From the NCBI GenBank assembly GCA_949358305.1, contig OX442314.1, positions 31,682,001-31,746,000 on the forward strand: a DNA stretch of 64,000 nucleotides, in the 5' to 3' direction. The DNA comes from Strigamia acuminata (Eukaryota). How positions within the stretch are numbered: the stretch's first letter is position 1; the number at the start of each line of letters is the position of its first letter. Both the position numbers and the translations under genes were made by a program. The notes under the pieces are model-generated. The model did not search any database. It was not told the DNA's origin and worked only from the letters and a program-made list of their open reading frames with translations. Positions 39,936 through 51,267 of the stretch are shown here, piece by piece.

Positions 39936-41929
39936 ATCAATAAATGAAGAATGAAATACACAATGAAATCACTAATCCACGGACAATCCTTTGTCTTTAT
40001 TAACAAAAAAACCAAAACCAAAACCAAAATTAATTCGGTGCTGCCTAATTGTGGCGAAATTACAAAATATTTACAGAAAATCGCTTTTTGAATTGTCTTC
40101 TATATGCGGGTAATGAGTTTCTCTACGCATTCCGCTAGGGGATATCCCATAATGGCTGGAACCGGAAGTGAGGCGGAGTGTCGCTTCTGTACTATTCTGT
40201 GGCCTAACGCCGATCCACAGATGAAAACACTCACTATACAGTAATTCCCGAATCCAGCACAAAAATACAGTACATAAGAGTCCACAAACCGCTAATAATG
40301 CTCCACACACAAAAATCCAGCCAGAACACTGAAAAATAGCGAAAATCAACTCCAGAAACAGGGGCGAAAAGGGACAAACACTTGAAGTTAAATAATATTT
40401 ACAATTGACAAAACTAAAATTATTGTGTTCAGTGTAAACTGATTTTTTCCTCATTCATTCTACTCAATTCTATTCGTATGTGATTCATGGTCACGCCATC
40501 CCCTCTTGTAAATTTACTCCCCATATCAGTTATCAATTATTGAATGATCTGTTAGTGATGTGGGTTGACTTGAAGGAGAGACTCGGAGCACGTCTTACTC
40601 TATGGTCTATGGGTGGCTTTATTCGGACTGGGGGTTAAAACTGTATACATGGGGTGGTCATGGTTATATGTCACTACACATGTGGCACCACACTACAGAA
40701 TACCACATTGCAATATTTCAATGTAAACACAACATTCCAACATGATCGATGTGTTTGCTTTTAATTTTAATTCTGATAAAAGTATTAATTCTGAATCAAG
40801 CAAATTATGCAACATAACTGGAATAGAAAAATTTTGTTTTTTGGAATTCAAAGAAGCAATTCCATGAAAAAAGGATGATAGCTGAAATCACTCCCCAATG
40901 AGTGTGCATGAAGGGGGCAAGGTCAAAGTACCGACTCCAACGCCAAGTGTTTTCAAAGTTTTTATACTTCCATATCCTTCTTCTTGAGGACAATTTACGA
41001 AAACCTTTTGTTCATATGCAATACTATACATAATCCTTCTTTATTTAGCTGATAAAAAGTTGGCAAATGACCCAAAATTACTTTTCTTTCACAACTCTTT
41101 GAAATGATATTTATATCTCCTAAAAACAAGGCATATTCACAACTTTTATATAGATATCTTAAAATGGAACCTTCAGGTGTACACACTTGAAATCGATATT
41201 TTTGACACTTTGCTACAGCATGACACAAACACACACATGACACACTGTACTATGTATGCTATGACTAAACGCTATTCAAATGACAAAAATTTAACACTAA
41301 TAAGATAATATTACTAACAAAGATTAGAAAAGTATTTTTAAAAAATGGTATATAAACAAAAAAATGGAAATCTTACACAATGGCGAACATCATAAATTAA
41401 ACATTCCTGCACTCAAAAAGCCTTTCCAATGGCGAATTTCGGAGATTCGCCCTTAGGCGATTTGCCGTTGGAACGGGTATACGTTATCAATCGGCAAGTA
41501 TTGGTAATGTGCAGTGATTACGTGATGTCAAGTGTTTGCGAAGAAATGATGTGCATCGATATGATCTTTAGACCTCTACTGATTTTTTAATTATATAAAA
41601 TTAAAATTCAATTTAATCAGGATGAGTAAAATGTCTTGCCATCATTTTAAATTTCCTTAAAATTCCAATGGAGGAATAATAATCTTCTTTCTCATCTTTT
41701 TCAAATTGGGAGAAAAGACTTGAACAGCAATCTCAACCATTTTTGAATCATAAAGTATAAAGCTGAAGTCTCACTATTCACAATAAGTGTATGCAGGAAA
41801 GGTGGGTTAAAAGTGTTGTTGTTGTTTTGGGTCACTTTGATCCGATAGGCCCAAAAGGCAAGTAAATTTCCGAATGAGGGTTCCACCGCCAGTTGTGTGC
41901 CCACTTGGTGATTGACCCATGCCGAGCAC

Positions 41930-42900
41930 GCATCGAGGCTGAGCGTACAATAAACCTTTTTACCATTTTACAGGTATTTATAACAAACGCTCATTCTTTT
42001 CGCATCCGATTATCTAACAAAGGGTTACGGGCTACAGTATGTAAAAACGTGAGTTTTTAAACCAGAAAATATTAAGATTCGGGCATTTTTGGACACTGAT
42101 CGCTGACTGACCACGAAGTGTTAAGCCTAATAAAAATCGAGAAAATTTTTGGTGGTTTAACGATAAAGTGTAGAAGATGACGGATTCAGATTCGATGCGG
42201 ATTGAGCGATTGGACGAGGACAATTACGCCACGTGGGCTTTTAAATTAAAAATTTATTTGAAAAAATCCGAATGGTGGACGGTCCTTGTTGATGACAGAC
42301 CAACAAGTGGGACGACGGCGGACATGAGAAATGCATGGCATGGCACGAACGAAAAGGCCATGAATGCAATTGTACAATCGCTATCTCCTGCATAAACTGT
42401 TTATGTGATAAATGCGAAAACAACGAGACAGTATTGGGAAAAATTGGAGGAGGTCCACCTAGGCAGGGCGAGGCAGCGGCAAACAGAATTATTTTAGAAG
42501 GAGTACGTACGTCGTACGTGCCATGACTTTTGAGTGGAACTGGCTGTAACCATTACATATCTTAAGAATCGCTTTCTACATGCAACCCGGGGCAATCGAA
42601 CACCTTACAATGTTTTTTACGATAGAAAAGTGTTCGTAAGACACTTAAGGTGCATTGGAGCCAAGACGTACAGTAAGTATGTGCATATTCCGGCACAATC
42701 GCGTAAGAGCAAATTGGAATCAAAAGTTTGGGCCGGACAATAACAGAGGATATAGTCTGGTACAAGAAAAACAAACTTGTTATTGTATCCAAACTTATGA
42801 AAATATTAGAAGACGTTTTCTGGCATGAGGGAGATGAGATCTGTCAACAAAGATTTCAAATAAATCAACTTGTCAATTGTGCTTAATTCCGTATTTTATG
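41930..42900 (+). mobile_element. internally deleted Ty1/Copia element (LTR end, PBS, gag, integrase remnant)
   Basis: TAACA then GGTTACGGGCTACAG, resembling the copia half-tRNAiMet PBS GGTTATGGGCCCAG; IERLDEDNYATWAFKLKIYL. Confidence 0.75.
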
Positions 42901-43009
42901 TGGGAAAACTCCAATTGTCCATTGAATGGATTTATTTTCAGTTGTGGCAGTTTCGGTTTCTGTTGAACTGGTTGGGCTGGTTGGGTGTGGTGATCAATCA
43001 TCCCGGTTT

Positions 43010-43279
43010 TTAATTTCGTCCAGTGTCCTGTTTGCCTTTATTTTCCATCTCGTGGCCTTTTTTTGGTAGTCTTCGCACACAGTTGCATCTGTAGCCAGCT
43101 CTGTCTCGTCCATGCACGCATTCATCGGCCAATTTTAAACCACGAATGAGTTCGACTAACCGATGTCGTACTGTTTCCACTTCAATTACAGCTTTTGCTG
43201 CGATGTAGCCTTTAGTTTTTGCGATGGTTTTTGTGATGGTGGACCGGATGACCTTTCTTTTTCGTTTGGCTGCATCCAT
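43010..43279 (-). pseudogene. BEL/Pao gag N-terminus flanking the Gypsy insertion
   Basis: MDAAKRKRKVIRSTITKTI..L..L...L..ADE. Confidence 0.6.
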
Positions 43280-43322
43280 GGTAAAATTCCGCGTGGTGAT
43301 GTGGTTATTCCGAGTGATGTAT

Positions 43323-43945
43323 TGTGAGTGTTCGGACGGACGCCACGTGGTCGGGGGAGAGCCACGGAGGCGCTGGACGCAACACACACGATAAAACAAA
43401 CCACGAAATACACGGAGACACAATATAGTTTTAGTTATGGCTTTATTGGATGTCTAGGGGTATGATTGTAGTGTCCCATAGTGTATTTCCCAAGGCGGCG
43501 GTTCCTTCGAACCGTCCCTAATCAGACCGCGTGGCACGGCGGCCATCGGCCGCCATGACACACGAGGTCGGTAATCGGTTTTGGGCCACGCCGCCGAAGT
43601 TACGGTTAACGTCCGGCGGACGTGGCGCAACTGGACGCTCAGGTCCCGGCGGGCGATATCATCGCCACGCCGATAGTTTGGGTTATCTCAATAGCCAGTT
43701 TCGGAGGCGGTCGCAACACGACCGTTCGCCTTGCTGGTTGATCAACAACTCTCTTGTCCCTACGGGGACCAACCACTTCCGGAAGGGCGACTTCCGGGGC
43801 CCGATCCTGCTTGACCAAAGGCCCGCAGCTCCACCTGGTTGCGGGGGACCGCAACAGGCTGCGCGAGATACGAGAGGCGCTGGAGCTGCGCCAAGTGCAT
43901 TGCCGTTGCAGTGCAGCGACCCGTGCGCAGGGGCAGCTGGTCACA
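43323..43945 (-). repeat. 3' LTR
   Basis: TG..CA termini; reads identical to 53492-54114. Confidence 0.97.
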
Positions 43946-43958
43946 TTTCCCCCCCCTG
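43946..43958 (-). promoter_or_regulatory. polypurine tract
   Basis: Minus strand AGGGGGGGGAAA immediately before the 3' LTR. Confidence 0.92.
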
Positions 43959-44444
43959 GAAAAAGGTAAGTACGAGGGGGTACAACGCAATCACTGAAGT
44001 GGTTGTTGAAAGTTAACACATCGCATTACTTTTCTTTTTTCAGATTATCAGATGACCATATTTCGGACGAGCCATCAGCTAGAACGAAGATCACCGGTAG
44101 GAATGCACTTGGGAAAATAACAACACTACAAAGGAACACACACACACTTACCCCCAGGATGGAAAAACTTGTACAATTTAAACACTATTGAAAAATAAAA
44201 ATGTAAAATAACACTTGTAATTTAAAAATATATATGAATAAAAAACACTTTTTGAACTTTAAAATCTAACATTTGTAGTTATTGAATCCATTTAACATTA
44301 AAAGGTAAGTATGCTAATTTTAACACTTTGGAATAATTAATAATAAAAAAAAACTTGTTTTGACAATAAAAAAAAATTATTTCTGGCACTATAAAAGTCT
44401 TAACAGGCTTGGCCAAAATCTCCTTTAAAATGGCGGCGAAAACT

Positions 44445-45710
44445 TCACTGCAGCGATTTCCCCGGTGTGGGTGGCGTATCGTCGGTTTTTGGCTCTTCTT
44501 CAGTTTTGTCGTCGACGAATTCTTCTGCTAGCTTCTTGCGTGACTTCTTATTCGACTTCTTTTTCACGGCGGTAGCTTTGGGCTCGGGAACGACTGGCGG
44601 TGGTGGTGGCGGCGTGTGCGACTCCTCGTTCGGTGCGCCGTCAATCTGCATCGCGGTCTCGATCGTTGCTTCGGTGGCGACTACATTGTTGTCGCAAACT
44701 GGTGGAGGATCCGCGAATCCCTGGAACACGACGTTCGTCGGGCGTTCTCCAACCATCGGCGGCATAATGACAGCCGGCGTCGCCGCTGTATTGGCACCAA
44801 ACATCGTTTGCGGTAGTTGGCAGGCTGCTGGAAAAGCGATTGCGGCCGCCGTGGCTTTGGTCGGGATCAGGTTCACAATACCTTGGATTGGTTGAGGACC
44901 GTACTGTCCCGCCCAAGCTGTTCGTAGCTCATCGGGAGTTTTTTCCGTTTGAGCTGGGATTTTCTTAACGAGTGCGCGTGGTGCATTCGATGTGATTGTG
45001 GCCGATGGCGCAGTCAATTGCTGATGAGCCGCTTTCTCGGCGTCTCTTTTCGCCATTCGGTCCTTATGGTCCGCGTGTTTTTTCGCTCTGTACCGAATTT
45101 TTGCTTCGGTGTTCACGCTTCGTTCACTCAACGTAGGATTTTCGATCGCCACAAGTCGTCGCATTTCCAGCAATTTCTCCGAAATGTTTGGACGGGCGGT
45201 CGGTGGTTGGTGAGGAGTTGGGGCGACGGTACTTTGTACGGTCGCTTTTGTCTCCTCGGCAGCCTTCTTTTTAAGCACAAATGGCTTATGTGGCGGACGA
45301 AGAACCTTCTGCGACGTCGTCGCTGCGGGTTTCTTCGTAGAAATATTGGTAGAGGCAGTCGGCGGCGGTTGAGAGCGTACGCTCTTTGTTGCCGTTTTCT
45401 GTCTTTTCTTTGGGGGTTCCGTCGGTGTGGCATTCGTCGCACTCGCTTGTTCCCTGTCTGCGACTTCCCTTTCGCGGTCTGTGCGCGATCGGACGCGCAT
45501 CCAGTTAATTTGTCGGTGATGTTGTGGAATCGGCTGACCGGGCAGCGTCATGAACATGACGAACCATTCCTCGAGTGGTTGGTCCGCCAGAACGATTTCG
45601 TCTCCGCCGCAGTTCATGCACGGGATCCGCGATAGATTCCACAGCGTGATGTAGCCGAAGCCGTTACAGATTGGGCACTGAACCCATTCGTTGTTTCGGT
45701 GATTTTCCAT
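44445..45710 (-). CDS. ORF3: 421-aa accessory protein with CxxCxGxG zinc-finger motif and Pro/Thr/Lys-rich disordered tail
   Basis: Intact ATG ORF between pol and the PPT; CPICNGFG..CMNCGG; PPKKRQK. Confidence 0.82.
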   Translation of the reverse strand: MENHRNNEWVQCPICNGFGYITLWNLSRIPCMNCGGDEIVLADQPLEEWFVMFMTLPGQPIPQHHRQINWMRVRSRTDREREVADREQASATNATPTEPPKKRQKTATKSVRSQPPPTASTNISTKKPAATTSQKVLRPPHKPFVLKKKAAEETKATVQSTVAPTPHQPPTARPNISEKLLEMRRLVAIENPTLSERSVNTEAKIRYRAKKHADHKDRMAKRDAEKAAHQQLTAPSATITSNAPRALVKKIPAQTEKTPDELRTAWAGQYGPQPIQGIVNLIPTKATAAAIAFPAACQLPQTMFGANTAATPAVIMPPMVGERPTNVVFQGFADPPPVCDNNVVATEATIETAMQIDGAPNEESHTPPPPPPVVPEPKATAVKKKSNKKSRKKLAEEFVDDKTEEEPKTDDTPPTPGKSLQ

Positions 45711-45931
45711 CGTTTTTCCAATCTTTTCGTTTCGATTTTCCAGAGAAGTTCCACACGACTGGTCAGTGGCGATCGCAGCGAATAAGTGATTTGGACAACG
45801 AATGGTGGTGGCTAAGTATAGAACCGGAAGACGTTTCGCGAACGTTTAATTGGCGTATGGACCGCAGATGTTTTGTAAACAGTCTGTGATTGGTCCAAAT
45901 GGGTCTCCCGATTTGAAGTGTCACCTAGCGG

Positions 45932-48900
45932 TCAATCCCGATATCGGATCGGTAAAACGTGATTTCTCGAAGGTCTATTTGAGTCCGAATTTGGTTTTGG
46001 TCGAGCCGTCGTGGGTTTTTGTGAATCCACTTGTGGCAACAGCAAGGGTTTTATTCTTTTTGGTTTCCCAAAAGGTTTTACTGGTGTTGGCAACTTAGTT
46101 GCGATACCAGATTCCGTTGGTTGCACTGGAGTTGGCAATATTGTTGCTGTTCCAGTGTCCACAGGTTGGTTTTCAAGAACTTCTTCATCTTCCTTATCTA
46201 AAATGGGCCATTCAGCCTTTTCTTCTGAGGGGATGAATCTCCTGAGTTTTACAATGTTGTGTGTACCCCTCGCTTGCAAAGTTATTGGTTTCGCAAGGGC
46301 ATACGCATTGTTGTTAAAGACTTTAGTTATTACATAAGGTCCTTCAAAGCGATCCTCAAGGGACGCAGCATATCGATTAGCAGCATTGGACAATGGGTGG
46401 GTCTTTAGTAGAACCAAGTCTCCAATTTCGAACTTATCGTCGCTGCGGTGTTGATCGTAGTAAGTTTTCTGTTTTGCTTGGGCCAGACTCTTATTTTTAA
46501 GAGCTGCAGCAATCAGAGTACGGTGTCTAGCGACTAGCATTCTGACAGCGTCGTAGGGCCTATTTGGGTCGAATGGGGTGTCATAAGACACATCTCGATT
46601 ATCCCAAAATGGTCGCAATTCCCTGCCATACGTCAGCATTGCTGGTGTAAAACCGGTAGACACATTTGGGGCAGAATGCAAAGCAAAATTTATCTGGTCG
46701 ATGCATCTGTCCCAGTGATCGTGCTCAAATGTAAAAATTCGAAGCATAATCTTGATATTCCTGTTTACGCGCTCAGTCAGGTTAGTCTGGGGATGGTAAG
46801 GCGTTGCTTTAATTGGCACAACCCCTGCATCGTCACAGAGAGTCTGAAACACGTCAGAAATGAATTGGGGGCCATTATCGCTCAACATGAAACGGGGGCA
46901 CCCATGACAGCTGAAAAATCGTTTTAAAATTGGTGCAATTGCAGTCATTTTGGCGGATCTCAGCGGTGTAGCTTCCATCCAGCCGGTGGCATAATCCACC
47001 ACAACTAGAATGAAGCGATTTCTGTTCGAGGTTCTAGGTAATGGACCTATTAGATCGATTCCTATCTTCTCAAAACGACCAATTTTTGGAGAAGTTGGGA
47101 CCATCAATCCCTTTGGTTTTCTCTGAATCGGTTTGCAGCGTTGGCAGCGATTGCAGCTTGCTACATGAAGTTTTACTTCTTTTTGCATGCCAGGCCAGAA
47201 ATAAACTCTTTTCAATCGCTCTAGAGTTACTTCAACTCCTCCGTGACCAGCCATCGGATGGTCGTGAATTAGTTGAAGTGCTGCGAGTTGCAGAGATGGT
47301 GGAATAAAGATTTTAAATCCAATTCCCAAATCCTCTTCCTCCACAAAGAAATCAGTTTTAAAGGGTGCATAAATAATAAGCATTCCTTTTCTAGTGAGTG
47401 TGCAGTCGTACTGCCTTTCTTCCAAGAACTTAGGAAGTTCTGGTCGAGGTTGTCCATCATCCAATTCCAACCATTCGATTAGTTTTGAAAGATGTTTATC
47501 TGCACGCTGCTGTAATATAATGTTCTCGAAAGACATCGGGTAATCGGTCTCATTTGTGAGATAAGCTAGAGCAACAGGCTCTATAATCTCTGTTAGAGTT
47601 GCTTTTCCTTCTAACGGATTGCCATTATCAAGAGAGACTCTGGATAAGGCATCCGCGACTTGATTGTCGGTGCCTTTTCGGTACTTGATGGTGAAATTTT
47701 CATTCTGCAATTTCATTGCCCACCTAGCCAGTCTTCCAGCTGGGTTTTCCATTGTCATGAGAAATCTCAGAGCATGATGGTCAGTCTCAACTTGGTACTC
47801 AGAATATTCAATGTATGGTTTGAACTTATCAACAGCCCAAACCACAGCTAAACATTCCAAATCAGTGGTGCTGTAGTTGTTTTCCGCGCCTTGCAGAGTT
47901 CTGCTGGCGTACGCAACTGGTCTTAAAGCACCATGGTCATCCAGTTGCATGAGGACTGCACCGAGCCCGCCGCCACTAGCATCTGTATGGATGGTAAAGT
48001 TGCGAGCGAAATCAGGCAGAGGTAGCACAATTCCTTTTGCAAGCTGGTTTTTCAGATATTCGAAAGCAACATTGCACTCTTCAGACCATTCCCATTTTGT
48101 ATCTTTCTTTAAAAGGGCAAAAAATGGTTTTTGAGTAATACTCAGTTTTGGAATTAGAGCAGCATAGAAACCCACCATCCCAATAAAACGCTGAAGCTGT
48201 TTTATACTGGAAGGGGTCGGATAATTTAAAATTGCTTCCACTTTGTCGTTGTTTGGGCTATAACCCCCATTTGACATCGTGAAACCAAGAAAGTTTAATT
48301 CTTCAGGGCAAATAAATGACTTTGACGGACTCGCTGTCAATTTGTTTTTATCTAATTTTGACAATATGTCATCTAAATGCTGAAGGTGTTCTTCAAATGA
48401 GTCGCTAAAAATGATAATATCATCGAGGTAAGCGAGTGCCCACTTGTGTTGTGCAGTTCCAAGAACTTGATCCATCATTCTTTGAAATGCACTGGGTGCA
48501 TTGCACAGTCCGAAGGGCATACGAGTAAATTGGTATGTTCCATCAGAAGTAGAAAAAGCAGTTTTCTTCTTGTCACTTGATTTAAGTTTTATTTGGTAAT
48601 AACCTTTAGTTAAATCCAAAGTAGAAAAGAACTTTTTTCCACCTAAACAGGCCAAAATCATAGAAATTGAGGGCATCTGGTAGACGTCCTTAATTGTGAT
48701 CTTATTTAGCCAGCGAAAGTCAATACAGAGGCGGTACCCTCCGTCTTTCTTTGCAACAATCACGGGGGGATTTTTCTAACTCCCCTCGCAAGGTTCGGCC
48801 CAACCATCTCTCAGCAATTCAGCAACCAATTCGCGATAAATCTCAGCTTTCTTGGGATTCATTGGTCGGTCTTTGCATCGAAATGAAGGTGCATCTCCAG

Positions 48901-49699
48901 TCGGAATTGGATGTTCCAACGTGGGGTGGCAGCCAGCTTTGTCACTAAACACATGTCTGTATTTTTCTACAAGAGTTAAGATTTGAGATCTCTGCCTTGG
49001 TGACAAATTGCTTTTTGCTAACAGTCTCTGGCTCAAATCAGCCGTGGAGACAGAAGGTGACTTTGATTCTGCAACCAAAGCATCCCATCGATCCATTATT
49101 GCATTTCCAAGTTCTTCAGGCGATGGTGGGTCGTCGAAGGGAAATGTGTCATGTGGAAAATCAAGAAAGAAATATTCTCGATCTGTTAGATTGAGAACAA
49201 TCCTATTTTCGATAATCCAAGAGCAACCTAATAATATAAATTTGGAAGCTGATGGAAGAACAGTAAATGTCACAGGGATTTCATCACCCCGCCACTTGAG
49301 TGGCAATGTGATTGTTCCGATTGGACGTGTTGGTCTATCGCCAGTGTATACAACTCGATTTTCTAAAAATGGAGTCATAAAGTGCAAGAGGTTTAGCTTT
49401 TTAAGCATTCCTCCGCTGATGTACCTATGGGTTGCCCCAGTATCCATCAGAGCGGTGACTTTTAAGCCGTTTAGTGTTGCTTTGAAGTAAGGCAGGGGAG
49501 TAATACTCTTTCCTGTCTTTAAAGCAACGTTAACATGATCGATTTCAGGTTCTGTGGAAAAAACCACGCGAGGATCTGGCTCTGTGGATGAAATGTCATC
49601 AAATAGCGCATCCTCCATGTCTTCTTCCATTGGAATCAACACAATAGTGAGAGCGCAGTCGTCAGTTACTCGGGGGTTTCTGTCGACTGCGACTCCTCG
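45932..49699 (-). CDS. pol: pol (PR-RT-RNaseH-IN) with one in-frame TAG at 48776-48778
   Basis: DTGA, YLDD, TDASG, HDH..GH..CNRC, DLIG/SDNG/TER and GPY motifs; the two ORF-track pieces share a frame. Confidence 0.95.
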
Positions 49700-49705
49700 T
49701 TTCCC
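49651..49705 (-). promoter_or_regulatory. -1 ribosomal frameshift signal (G_GGA_AAC plus downstream hairpin)
   Basis: Heptamer in the gag frame at 49699-49705; GAGTCGCAGTCG/CGACTGCGCTC stem; pol is in the -1 frame. Confidence 0.85.
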
Positions 49706-51267
49706 GCCATGTCAGGCCAGCCACCAAATTCATTGGCTGCAAGCATAGCCTGCATCATGCTGTGTTGGGCAGCGGCGATTGTTTCCATTGCTGCTTTAGC
49801 GGCTTCCACTTTAAGGGGGCAATCCCTTTCAAAGTGTGCGCCACCGCAGCCCCAGCAACCGCCAACTCTTGGTTTGGTCGCATAATCTTTGAGCCTATTG
49901 CTCGGGACTAGCGCCTTCTCGTTGCCTTCTGCGGCTTTTGTTGCTGCTATCGCAGCATTTTTAGGCGCAGGGAACAGTGTTCTATTGTTTGGATTTCTCA
50001 ATCCAAACGGAACAAATTTCGGTTTATCTCCACCCGCAGCATTTGGTATTGTTACCATTTGCTGGTTGGATTTTTGAATTGGCGTAACAGTTTCTGTTTT
50101 TGCCGCCTCAATGATTGCTGCATTTGTCACAGTTTCCTGATTTATGATCGCGGCCTCCGTAGCAATGCAGGCTCTCCTGAGCGACGCCCAAGTGTTCTCC
50201 AAATTAATGGCATTTGCGACCATGTTTTTGGCCGCTGGGCGCAGAATTGCCAGCACTTTTTGAATTTGCTGGCTCTCGTGCACAGGAATAGTCAATTGAG
50301 CGTATAACTTCTCGAGTCTTATCACCACTTGGGTGGCAGACTCATGAGACAGTTGCTGTGTTTTAGCGATTTCTGCTAAAAGCAGCGCATCGCTCGGACG
50401 AAAATGGGTGATAAATTCATGTTCGAATTCCTCCCAATTCGTTTTGGCATGAGAAGAGAACCATGTGGCCGCATCTCCTCGGAAAAACTTAAACAAATGC
50501 TCAGCAAGCACTTGGTTCAGATAGGGCAAAGCAAAGCGTAGAGAACGTTTTAAATCAATAAGGAAAGACTTAGCTTTCGTTTTGTCCCCTGCAAACGCTT
50601 CAATTCCAATGGATTTGACTCGTTTACTTAGCTCTACTTCATCCATTGGCCTGGGAGCAGGCATAGCCTGGTCAGTTTTGTGAAGAAACTTTTCTCCCCA
50701 AGCCAGAAAAAGAGGATTTCCAGTCGTAGGCGTTGAGCCTGTGCTGGATCCAGAGTTTGGTGTTGTCACGGTGGGAGAAATCGTGTTTGAGATTGCAGAT
50801 TGTGCTCTCAAATTCGATTGTCCAGCCGCCACCACGCTGTCAACGATAGCTTTTTGACTAGCTATCATCTTCAACAAGCTTTCATTCGATAATTTCGCAG
50901 AGTCTAACTCCTGCAAAGCATGAGTTAACCGGTCGCTAATATCACCGAATTCCGTGCGCGTTTGCGTTAATTGACGCATAGTGCTATCCGATTTGTCTTG
51001 GAGTTCCACCAAGTGATCGGCTACTTTCAGAAGCGTGTCTTCCCACACTTCGTAGGTTGTCATATCATCGATAACTAGATTAAAGACGTTGCAAGTCGTT
51101 TCAAGCATCGCTTGATCCAACAATTTAACTTTAGGACTTGACATATTGTCGTTTGAAGAAGCAATCGAATTATTATCCGAGTCGTTCAAATCTGAATCCG
51201 TTGCGGGTGTGAAAGAATTAGGTGCAGGAGAGTCCCACGTGGTCTTACCAGTTCTGGTCGCTGGCAT
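49666..51267 (-). CDS. gag: gag
   Basis: Nearly identical to copy A gag. Confidence 0.93.
   Translation of the reverse strand: MPATRTGKTTWDSPAPNSFTPATDSDLNDSDNNSIASSNDNMSSPKVKLLDQAMLETTCNVFNLVIDDMTTYEVWEDTLLKVADHLVELQDKSDSTMRQLTQTRTEFGDISDRLTHALQELDSAKLSNESLLKMIASQKAIVDSVVAAGQSNLRAQSAISNTISPTVTTPNSGSSTGSTPTTGNPLFLAWGEKFLHKTDQAMPAPRPMDEVELSKRVKSIGIEAFAGDKTKAKSFLIDLKRSLRFALPYLNQVLAEHLFKFFRGDAATWFSSHAKTNWEEFEHEFITHFRPSDALLLAEIAKTQQLSHESATQVVIRLEKLYAQLTIPVHESQQIQKVLAILRPAAKNMVANAINLENTWASLRRACIATEAAIINQETVTNAAIIEAAKTETVTPIQKSNQQMVTIPNAAGGDKPKFVPFGLRNPNNRTLFPAPKNAAIAATKAAEGNEKALVPSNRLKDYATKPRVGGCWGCGGAHFERDCPLKVEAAKAAMETIAAAQHSMMQAMLAANEFGGWPDMAGNEESQSTETPE

Noticed and set aside
44445..45710. 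env gene
   Set aside because: No signal peptide, fusion peptide or transmembrane anchor evident
44467..50307. Plus-strand ORFs antisense to ORF3, pol and gag
   Set aside because: Shadow frames of real minus-strand genes
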